Source: Candidatus Thorarchaeota archaeon (lineage in GTDB: Archaea > Asgardarchaeota > Thorarchaeia > Thorarchaeales > Thorarchaeaceae). Taken from it: a DNA stretch of 19,380 nucleotides. Of this stretch, positions 1-7,223 are shown in pieces. Position numbers and translations under genes: made by a program. The notes under the pieces are model-generated. The model searched no databases, was not told where the DNA came from, and was given only the letters and a program-made list of their open reading frames with translations. The DNA lies in NCBI GenBank assembly GCA_048882325.1, contig JBHLRS010000050.1:1-19380 (forward strand), given 5' to 3'. The stretch's first letter is position 1, and every line of letters starts with the position of its first letter.

Positions 1-328
1 AGATGAAGAAGGAGAACATCGTGGTGTTCAAGGCAGCTATAGCTGGAATGGAATAAGTGTAGACTATGTAATGCCCTCCAGCCGTAAAGATATTCAAGAG
101 AAGCTATCCATTCGACAGGATACAACAATCTCGTTCAGGGTGATAGGGCATATCCGCTCTGAAAAACTTCATGTAACTCTATTTTCAGGAATGAATATCA
201 TACTACACGAAGCTATCGAAACGGAGATGAAAGTTCAAGTCCCAAAGGGGACTTATCATCTTAATATTATGGCGACTTGGGAAGGACAAGGCGATGTTTC
301 GAATGTCTTTTTGATTGAGGTTGTGTGA
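1..328 (+). CDS. Hypothetical protein, 3' part only (runs in from left of window); beta-strand-rich
   Basis: Frame 2 is open from nt 2 (DEEGEHRGVQGSYSWNGISVDYVMPSS...) to TGA at 326-328, so the ORF-track start at 71 is probably internal. Alternating hydrophobic pattern (YHLNIMATW, VFLIEVV) suggests a beta-sandwich. Confidence 0.6.
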   Translation, partial: DEEGEHRGVQGSYSWNGISVDYVMPSSRKDIQEKLSIRQDTTISFRVIGHIRSEKLHVTLFSGMNIILHEAIETEMKVQVPKGTYHLNIMATWEGQGDVSNVFLIEVV

Positions 329-469
329 AAATTCTCATCAAGAAGAATAAGACTGGTTAAGCTTGAAAATAAGATTAGGATGGGTTAAAATGCTCACTCC
401 CTATGATGGTGTCGATTGAAATCTGCAACTCCATACTAATACCTAGTTTACCAACGACAATTGTATTCG

Positions 470-1579
470 TTAAGGGGAGCGATTTCGATTCCCCAGGGTT
501 GCGTTTGCTACCGATGTCACCCATTTTGCGCTGATGATGAAAGGATATACTATGCCTTTCACAAATTTCCTGAATGTCGAAGATTTTTCCATTTTTCTGT
601 TGATGGCTGGAGTAAATTGATAATAGCGGTTCAGAATCGATTCGAATGGAGCCTTGAACCTCGAATTCAAAACGATCTCATCCCTGAACTGTCGAAGATA
701 CTGCAAGTTTGAAAGCATCACTGGGAGTGATGAACTGGAAACAGTTCTTGTAATAGGACAAATACTTTTACAACTCCCATAGATAGATTGAATCCCATTC
801 TTATCATCTGTTCTTAGGGTTCGTCGTTTCCCACTATAGTAGGCATACATCACAGCTTGAGTGTCTGTTGAGTGTGATAAACCCAATATATGACCTAGCT
901 CGTGAAGAGCCACGGTAACAAGATCAAATCCAGTCGGAGGGTCATCATCAGTCCACAGTTCGTCCTCATCAAAGTGTAGTCTTCCATCTTGAGGGTAGAA
1001 AGCATGCGCTAAAACACCCCCTGGACCATCAAAGGCAGAGCCATCGCCGTGATCTCCCGATTCCCAGCTCAGACTTATATCGCCTCCAGATTTTACTTCG
1101 CTAAAACTAACACATGATTCTGAAGCCCATTGATTAAATGCATCCAGAACAGCTCTCCTCACTACGCTCTGGGCCAAGTCTGGGGTATAATTGAGGAAGC
1201 GGTACGTGAGAGCTAATTTGTCCCACTTTCTTCCACTATAGACATAATCGTCGACCTGCCCTTCAGACACCAAAAAGTCTGGGAGTCCGCATCTTGGCTT
1301 CAGCATTAGATTGATTGTCGGTTTATCAAGGATTCCTGTGACTGGTAGACTGTTAAATCGTTGGAACTCTTTGAGTGCTATTTCTGTTTTATTATCGAAA
1401 TCTTTGGGTTCTGGTTCTTCAATAGCCTTTTCTAGGTCAACTTTCACACCGAATGGTGCAACCTCGTCAGGACGAATGTAGCCAAATTTTTTGAGGTAAC
1501 CCTGTAGACGACCTACTTCGTCGCCTTTATCGCCGGTTTTTAACCCAATTTGAGTTGGTACTTCTATTCTGTTCACCAT
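470..1579 (-). CDS. Matrixin (peptidase M10A, MMP-like) with PGBD-like pro-domain, cysteine switch and C-terminal CFI-box-CTERM-like domain
   Basis: PGBD-like LKTGDKGDEVGRLQGYL...ALKEFQRFNSLPVTGILD; cysteine switch PRCGLPD (aa 95-101); structural Zn/Ca loop HGDGSAFDGPGGVLAHAFYP...HFDEDELW; HELGHILGLSH (aa 226-236); Met-turn AVMY; SD-like GGTGA at 1587-1591 on the minus strand. Confidence 0.93.
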   Translation of the reverse strand: MVNRIEVPTQIGLKTGDKGDEVGRLQGYLKKFGYIRPDEVAPFGVKVDLEKAIEEPEPKDFDNKTEIALKEFQRFNSLPVTGILDKPTINLMLKPRCGLPDFLVSEGQVDDYVYSGRKWDKLALTYRFLNYTPDLAQSVVRRAVLDAFNQWASESCVSFSEVKSGGDISLSWESGDHGDGSAFDGPGGVLAHAFYPQDGRLHFDEDELWTDDDPPTGFDLVTVALHELGHILGLSHSTDTQAVMYAYYSGKRRTLRTDDKNGIQSIYGSCKSICPITRTVSSSSLPVMLSNLQYLRQFRDEIVLNSRFKAPFESILNRYYQFTPAINRKMEKSSTFRKFVKGIVYPFIISAKWVTSVANATLGNRNRSP

Positions 1580-1761
1580 TAGAATATCACCACAACTATT
1601 GTTCTTTCTTGTCGGGCTTAGCAGACAGAGAGAATACTAGTGGCAAAACGAAGGACAAGACAAACCGTATGTACTCTTTCAAAGAACCACTCGAACGTAG
1701 CAAGTATCTTCCCCTCTGAATCGGAGTCCCGACCGATCCCAATACCTATAATGGCCTTTAC

Positions 1762-1803
1762 AATATATATTTTTCCAAAAGATTTTTTTCTTAATTTTGG
1801 AAA
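1762..1803 (-). promoter_or_regulatory. Putative BRE/TATA promoter of the matrixin gene overlapped by a 9-bp inverted repeat
   Basis: Minus strand reads GGAAAA-ATATATAT (purine-rich BRE-like element plus TATA). TTTCCAAAA (1772-1780) and TTTTGGAAA (1795-1803) form a perfect IR with a 14-nt spacer. Confidence 0.35.
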
Positions 1804-2113
1804 GTGGCTTATTTGCGATTACGTGGGCACCTTTTGGTGTCGAGTGAAATGAACAACGGTTAGAAGCGAAATCAATCATCTTTCATGCCTACAATCATGG
1901 CGTAGGTCTCTCCTCATTGTGATGCTAGTGAATATCATACAGATAGGATTGTGCTCAATCTATATCATACTCTTCCTACGTCTTGTTTGAGATAATAGAT
2001 ACCTCTGCATAGTTCGTACAGTATTGGACAACCAATAATTTGTACCCGCCTCATAATACTCACTGTAAAAAGCCTCTTACAAAAAGAAGAATTAGGCAAG
2101 GAGCCAAGTTGAA

Positions 2114-2455
2114 ATGACTACTACGACTAAGGACACCCCACCCAGTGTTGAAGCAGAGCTATATGAGCTCAGTATGCCCGGAAGACTGTTGGGAAAAGAA
2201 GTTCTAGATAACAGAGCCAGAAGAATTGGCATTGTGCGAAGCATCAGGATTGCGCTTAATCCAACACGCTCAGAACTCATTGTTAAGGGCGCCGAGGTGG
2301 AATTCCCTGTTGATTTCTCAAAGGTAGATGCAGTTGGAACAGTAGTCCAGCTTAACTCCGTTGTGAAAGACGCTGAGGAGATTGAGGTCCACGATGTCAT
2401 CAGACTTCAGAAAGAGGTTCTAGACGACATCAAATCATATCTGGGTACTCGCTAA
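2114..2455 (+). CDS. PRC-barrel domain protein with C-terminal helix
   Basis: LLGKEVLDNRARRIGIVRSIRI...VDFSKVDAVGTVVQL matches the PRC-barrel pattern (L.GK.V.D..G..IG.V....I ... I....V..VG..V.L); AGGAG upstream. Confidence 0.8.
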   Translation: MTTTTKDTPPSVEAELYELSMPGRLLGKEVLDNRARRIGIVRSIRIALNPTRSELIVKGAEVEFPVDFSKVDAVGTVVQLNSVVKDAEEIEVHDVIRLQKEVLDDIKSYLGTR

Positions 2456-2474
2456 ACTTTACATCTGACATATT

Positions 2475-2520
2475 CGAAGATTTAATAGTGGTGAGCGTTG
2501 CATTTTCCTATCTGGAGGTG
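2475..2520 (+). promoter_or_regulatory. Putative BRE/TATA (CGAAGA-TTTAATA) and SD (GGAGGTG) for deoC-aor
   Basis: TTTAATA at 2481-2487 preceded by purines; GGAGGTG at 2514-2520, 5 nt before the ATG at 2526. Confidence 0.5.
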
Positions 2521-2525
2521 TTTCC

Positions 2526-3347
2526 ATGGACCTCACTATGGAAAAACTAGCCAAGATGATTGATCACACTGTTCTAAAACCGGAAACAACCAGGGCAAAG
2601 ATCAAACAGCTGTGTGATGAGGCAACTATCTATGAATTTGCTGCAGTTTGTATCAATCCTATTCATGTTCCATATGCTGTGGAACTACTCAAGGATACTG
2701 ATGTGAAAGTTTGTGTTGTAGTAGGATTCCCTCTAGGTGCTACAACACCTGCGGTGAAAGCATGTGAAACAGCAGATGTTGTTGCAGCTGGTGCTCAGGA
2801 GGTTGACATGGTAATCAATGTCGGAGCAATGCGAGATGAGAATTATGACCTTGTCAAGCGTGATATACAGGCCGTAATAGAGGCTTCTGGAGACGCACAT
2901 GTAAAGGTCATTCTAGAAACTGGATACTTTACTGATGATCAGAAGGTAAAGGCATGCCTGATTTGCAAAGAAGCAGGAGCTGATTTTGTCAAGACATCAA
3001 CTGGATTTGGTCCCATGGGTGCCACCCCTCATGATGTCAAGCTGATGCGGGACACAGTTGGTCCCGATATGGGTGTCAAGGCTGCAGGTGGAATTCGCTC
3101 GTTCAAAGATGCAATTCGTGTTATCGATGCTGGAGCAAATCGTCTTGGAACCAGTGCCGGTGTAGCCATTGTGGAGGACTTTAGATGGGCTCAATACAGT
3201 GACTCTTGGATGACACCGGACAGACCATGTTGGACCTGTCCAAGTCGAATGGCGAACATGGCAAAGCAACCGAAAGAGGTCTACAAGTGGTACAAGGAAC
3301 GTTGTCTCACTTGTCCCGATAAGGAGCACAATGTGTTCACTGATTAG
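2526..3347 (+). CDS. deoC: Deoxyribose-phosphate aldolase (DERA) with extra C-terminal Cys4 extension
   Basis: [29 protein letters not shown], Schiff-base Lys in [22 protein letters not shown]. Confidence 0.97.
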   Translation: MDLTMEKLAKMIDHTVLKPETTRAKIKQLCDEATIYEFAAVCINPIHVPYAVELLKDTDVKVCVVVGFPLGATTPAVKACETADVVAAGAQEVDMVINVGAMRDENYDLVKRDIQAVIEASGDAHVKVILETGYFTDDQKVKACLICKEAGADFVKTSTGFGPMGATPHDVKLMRDTVGPDMGVKAAGGIRSFKDAIRVIDAGANRLGTSAGVAIVEDFRWAQYSDSWMTPDRPCWTCPSRMANMAKQPKEVYKWYKERCLTCPDKEHNVFTD

Positions 3348-3359
3348 GAGGTCTAATGA

Positions 3360-5150
3360 ATGTCTAAGTCTTCACTATATGCTGATGTCCCAATTCTACA
3401 TGTCAACCTGAGTGACAAGAGTATTCGTAGAGAACCAATCGCTCCTGAGATCTTCAAAGAATACCTCGGTGGTCGAGGACTTGGTGTCAAACTTGTCTAT
3501 GACCATCTTGCTCCAGGAACCGATGCACTCTCTCCCGAGAATATCCTTGTGTTTGCGGTAGGCCCCTCAACAGCGACGAGGGTTCCAACTGCAGGAAGAT
3601 TCGTAGTGGTCACAAAGTCTCCAACAACTGGAACTATGTTCGATTCTCATGCTGGAGGATATTTCGGTGCTCAATTGAGAAGAGCAGGGTTCGCAGCTGT
3701 GGTCCTTTACGGAAAAGCGGAGTCTCCAGTGTACCTCTGGATCAATAATGACGAGGTCGAAATCAGAGATGCATCAAAGGTCTGGGGTAAGGATGTCTAT
3801 GAAACAACCGACCACCTGTTGAGAGAAACCGATGAAAAGGCACAAGTCGCTTGTATAGGTCCAGCTGGAGAGAATCTAGGGTTAATGGCTGCCATCATGA
3901 CAGACAAACACAGAGCAGCTGGTCGTGGTGGAGTCGGGGCTGTAATGGGATCTAAGAACCTCAAAGCAATCGTAGCAAAGGGGACCGGTGAAGTCAATTC
4001 TCATGATCAAGAACGTCTCAATGCTGCAGTAGAGCGGGCTCGAAGATTAATCAAGAAGAACGCTGTCACTAACAAGTCACTCCCTGTTTATGGTACTCCT
4101 GTGCTTGTGAGTGTGGCAAATGAATTAGGCATGCTTCCTACAAACAACTTCCAAGAAGGCACATTCAATGATGCTGATGGCGTGTCAGGTGAGAAACTCT
4201 TAGAACGGTTCTCTGCAGGCACTTACAACTGTCATGGATGCCCGATAGGCTGTGGCCGTACAAGTCTGATAAAGGGAGAGAAGATAGGTGGACCAGAATA
4301 CGAGTCACTCTGGGCTCTTGGTCCTCAGTGTGGTATTAATGACTTGGAATGGATTGCAATCGCTAATGACAGATGCAACCATCTCGGTCTAGACACAATT
4401 TCTACAGGATCCACAATTGGTGCTGCAATGGAACTCGTTGAGAAAGGGAAACTAGATGCACCCCTGAAATTCGGTGATACAACTGGCATTCTCGAAATCA
4501 TCGAGGACATAGCCTATATGCGAGGTCTTGGGGCTGAGATGAGCGAAGGGTCAAAGAGGTTGGCTGAACGTTATGGTGCACCAGAATTAGCCATGCAAGT
4601 GAAAGGGCTTGAACTCCCGGCTTATGACCCACGTGGAGCACAAGGTCACGCGCTTGGCTATGCCACCTCAAACCGAGGAGGTTGTCACTTGCGGTCATAC
4701 TTGATCGGTCCCGAGGTTCTAGGTTCTCCCGTCTTAGTTGACCGTGATAGGCCCGATGGAAAGGCTGACCTTGTGATGCTCTATCAGGACTTGTCAGCAG
4801 CTATGGACTGCATGGTCGTCTGTCGCTTCACAAACTTTGCTTGGACTGTTGATGACTATGCAGAGATGATTTCTGCAGGAACTGGATTAGAGCTCAGTGG
4901 TAGAGATTTACTTCAACTGGGTGCGCGAATTTACAATCTAGAGCGCCTCTTCAACCTGCGGGAGGGATTCACCTCGAAGGACGACACGCTCCCGCCAAGG
5001 TTCTTCAAACCACTCCCAGAGGGCGGCTCACGAAAGCGTGTAGTACATCTGGAACAGATGCTGAAGGAATACTACAAACTCCGTGGATGGGACAAAGAAG
5101 GTAGACCAACCAAAGACACGTTGAAGAAGTTGGACCTTCCGGTTTCTTGA
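3360..5150 (+). CDS. aor: Tungsten-dependent aldehyde:ferredoxin oxidoreductase (AOR family)
   Basis: YLGGRGLG, KSP.TG, AAGRGGVGAVMGSKNLKAI, [4Fe-4S] ligands CHGCPIGC plus a distal Cys (DCMVVCRF), GPEYE, GLDTIS, AYDPRG, RGGCH; SD GGAGGT at 3347-3352. Confidence 0.95.
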   Translation: MSKSSLYADVPILHVNLSDKSIRREPIAPEIFKEYLGGRGLGVKLVYDHLAPGTDALSPENILVFAVGPSTATRVPTAGRFVVVTKSPTTGTMFDSHAGGYFGAQLRRAGFAAVVLYGKAESPVYLWINNDEVEIRDASKVWGKDVYETTDHLLRETDEKAQVACIGPAGENLGLMAAIMTDKHRAAGRGGVGAVMGSKNLKAIVAKGTGEVNSHDQERLNAAVERARRLIKKNAVTNKSLPVYGTPVLVSVANELGMLPTNNFQEGTFNDADGVSGEKLLERFSAGTYNCHGCPIGCGRTSLIKGEKIGGPEYESLWALGPQCGINDLEWIAIANDRCNHLGLDTISTGSTIGAAMELVEKGKLDAPLKFGDTTGILEIIEDIAYMRGLGAEMSEGSKRLAERYGAPELAMQVKGLELPAYDPRGAQGHALGYATSNRGGCHLRSYLIGPEVLGSPVLVDRDRPDGKADLVMLYQDLSAAMDCMVVCRFTNFAWTVDDYAEMISAGTGLELSGRDLLQLGARIYNLERLFNLREGFTSKDDTLPPRFFKPLPEGGSRKRVVHLEQMLKEYYKLRGWDKEGRPTKDTLKKLDLPVS

Positions 5151-5198
5151 AATAGCTAATCTGAGTGGCTCCATCAGAACCAATGGAGATGGAACTAA

Positions 5199-7151
5199 CT
5201 GGCCAGAGGAAACCGAAGACGCAGGAAATTCCGTAGAGGGCACGCTCCATATCTTGCAAAAATCCGTTTCTTCTGGTGCGATACTTGCAATGTGCCTCGC
5301 ATTGCAAAGACTGAGTGTAGCGCATGCAGAACCATGTCGAGAAAGATTGAACTCTCTCCTCCTGGAGACCCTTTTCCTGCCATGGAGGGACATCTTGAGC
5401 GTGCAAAGATTGCCATCGATGCACAGTATGGCAATGGAGTCGGTGCAGAGTTACTCCCATCTGACAAGACCATCATTCTGAACAAGGTGTCTTCACTTGA
5501 TGCGATGTATGAGATTATTGTTGATGGCTACATTGTGGGTCGGTTAAGGTTTGAAATACCAAAACGAAGTTACACTTTCCTTCTGTCACTTGAGGGTGCC
5601 CGTAGGATTGGTACTGTGAGTAGACAGAAGTGGGTCACAATTCACGATGGAGTCTTGAAGTACCTGAAAGATGGTGCCAACCTCATGGTTCCTGGAATAG
5701 TGGGGTGTGACTCAGGGATTCAAGTTGATGATGAGGTATGGATCGCAGACACTAATGGTCAAGTTGTAGGATCCGGAATATCCCGAATGACTGGAGCGGA
5801 TATGGCAAAAGAGAAGAAAGGCTTCGCAGTTAAGATCCGTGCGGTTGAAGACCCGACGCCATCCTCTGAGAATTCAAAGTCTGCCTCATGGGAGGATGCA
5901 GTGAATGCCAACCTGAGCGACTTGACCAGGGTAGAAGACGAAGCAGTTGCCTTCGTCAAACGTATCGCTGCAAAAGAAGACCTCCCAATAGTTGTGGGAT
6001 TCAGTGGTGGAAAGGATTCACTAGCCACCTATCTTGCAGTTGAAAAAGCCATAGGATCCAGTCCGCCAATCTTCTTCATGGATACAGGGATTGAACTCCC
6101 TGAAACTATTGAGTACATCAAACAATTTGCGAAGTCTCGAGGTGTATCGATTATCGGGCAAGAGGCAGGAGACCGGTTCTGGGAGTCTGTTGATATCTTT
6201 GGCCCTCCAGCTCGTGACTTTCGATGGTGTTGCAAGGTCCTGAAGCTTGGTCCTGCGGCCACTTCGATAGCTGATGAGATGGGTGGAGAAACCCTGAGCT
6301 TCATGGGTCAACGAAAGCTGGAGTCCTTCCAAAGATCGATTGAGCCACGGGTGACAGAGAACCCGTGGGTTCCCGGTCAGCTGTCAGCAAATCCAATTCA
6401 GAACTGGAACGCTCTTGAGGTATGGCTCTATATCTTCAGGGAAAAATCCGAATTCAATCAGTTGTACAACCAAGGGTACCACAGAATGGGCTGTTATCTT
6501 TGTCCTTCTTCTCCTCTGGCTGAGTTGGAAGGTCTCCGTGAAACTCATCCTGAGTTCCATGAGAAATGGGAGTCTAAGATGCAAGAATGGGCGCAAAAGT
6601 ATGGTTTTCCTGATGAATGGATTGAGATGGGTTTTTGGAGATGGAAGAAGCTACCGAAAGGTCAGATGGAACTGATCAATAAACTTGGACTGGATATTGA
6701 ACCTGACCGAACGAGTCCAGGTGAAGACCTTGAGCTAAAGGTCACCAAAGGAATTGCTCCATGTACTAAATCTGGCTTCAGTCTTGAAGGTGCATTCTCT
6801 TCCGGTGTTGATTTGAACAGGATTTCCAAAGTGTTTCCAATCTTAGGTCAGACAAGACTATCTGAGGAGATGGGCGTCGTTCGAACCAAGAGTGGTGAAA
6901 ACAGCATTTCACTCTTCAGTTCAGGTTCTGTTGTGGTAAGAGGAAATGATGAAAAAACTGTTGAGCGGCTGACAGAGAAGATGGCACGTGCAGTTCGAAG
7001 AGCTATCTTTTGCCAAGAATGTGGTTCGTGTGTCCCTCAGTGTGAACATGGAGCACTTTCTTTGGACAAAGGAAAGATTACTGTGGATGAGGAGAAATGC
7101 ACAAACTGCCTCAAGTGCGATAATTGGCCTTGTCCAACATACCTTGCATGA
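5199..7151 (+). CDS. Archaeal PAPS/APS-reductase-family protein: Zn-ribbon + PUA + PP-loop [4Fe-4S] domain + C-terminal ferredoxin-like domain; probable CTG start
   Basis: WCDTCNVP...CSAC ribbon lies partly upstream of the ORF-track start at 5292; PUA-like GANLMVPGIV...VVGSG; GFSGGKDS; RWCCKVLK; RMGCYLCP; CQECGSCVPQC...CTNCLKC...C. An in-frame TAA at 5196-5198 bounds the ORF. Confidence 0.9.
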   Translation: MARGNRRRRKFRRGHAPYLAKIRFFWCDTCNVPRIAKTECSACRTMSRKIELSPPGDPFPAMEGHLERAKIAIDAQYGNGVGAELLPSDKTIILNKVSSLDAMYEIIVDGYIVGRLRFEIPKRSYTFLLSLEGARRIGTVSRQKWVTIHDGVLKYLKDGANLMVPGIVGCDSGIQVDDEVWIADTNGQVVGSGISRMTGADMAKEKKGFAVKIRAVEDPTPSSENSKSASWEDAVNANLSDLTRVEDEAVAFVKRIAAKEDLPIVVGFSGGKDSLATYLAVEKAIGSSPPIFFMDTGIELPETIEYIKQFAKSRGVSIIGQEAGDRFWESVDIFGPPARDFRWCCKVLKLGPAATSIADEMGGETLSFMGQRKLESFQRSIEPRVTENPWVPGQLSANPIQNWNALEVWLYIFREKSEFNQLYNQGYHRMGCYLCPSSPLAELEGLRETHPEFHEKWESKMQEWAQKYGFPDEWIEMGFWRWKKLPKGQMELINKLGLDIEPDRTSPGEDLELKVTKGIAPCTKSGFSLEGAFSSGVDLNRISKVFPILGQTRLSEEMGVVRTKSGENSISLFSSGSVVVRGNDEKTVERLTEKMARAVRRAIFCQECGSCVPQCEHGALSLDKGKITVDEEKCTNCLKCDNWPCPTYLA

Positions 7152-7223
7152 AGAGTCAATTACTACCATGTAACAGCAAGGTTATTATCTCCGCTTTTGA
7201 CAGAAGCCTCGGTCGAGCACGAA

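Noticed and set aside
1679-1879. 66-aa minus-strand ORF with STPKGAH (vaguely Prim-Pol-like) and the overlapping plus ORF 1640-1852
   Set aside because: Too short, lacks the other motifs, and crosses a low-complexity AT tract and a likely promoter.
1932-1970. Direct repeat ATATCATAC x2 flanking GATTG-TGCT-CAATC
   Set aside because: Only two short copies in AT-rich DNA; not a CRISPR array or a supportable iteron.
5148-7151. Selenocysteine/pyrrolysine readthrough at the TGA stops of aor and the PAPS-reductase-like gene, or at the micro-ORF TAG
   Set aside because: The proteins are complete at those stops, no family motif is interrupted, and no SECIS-like element is evident.
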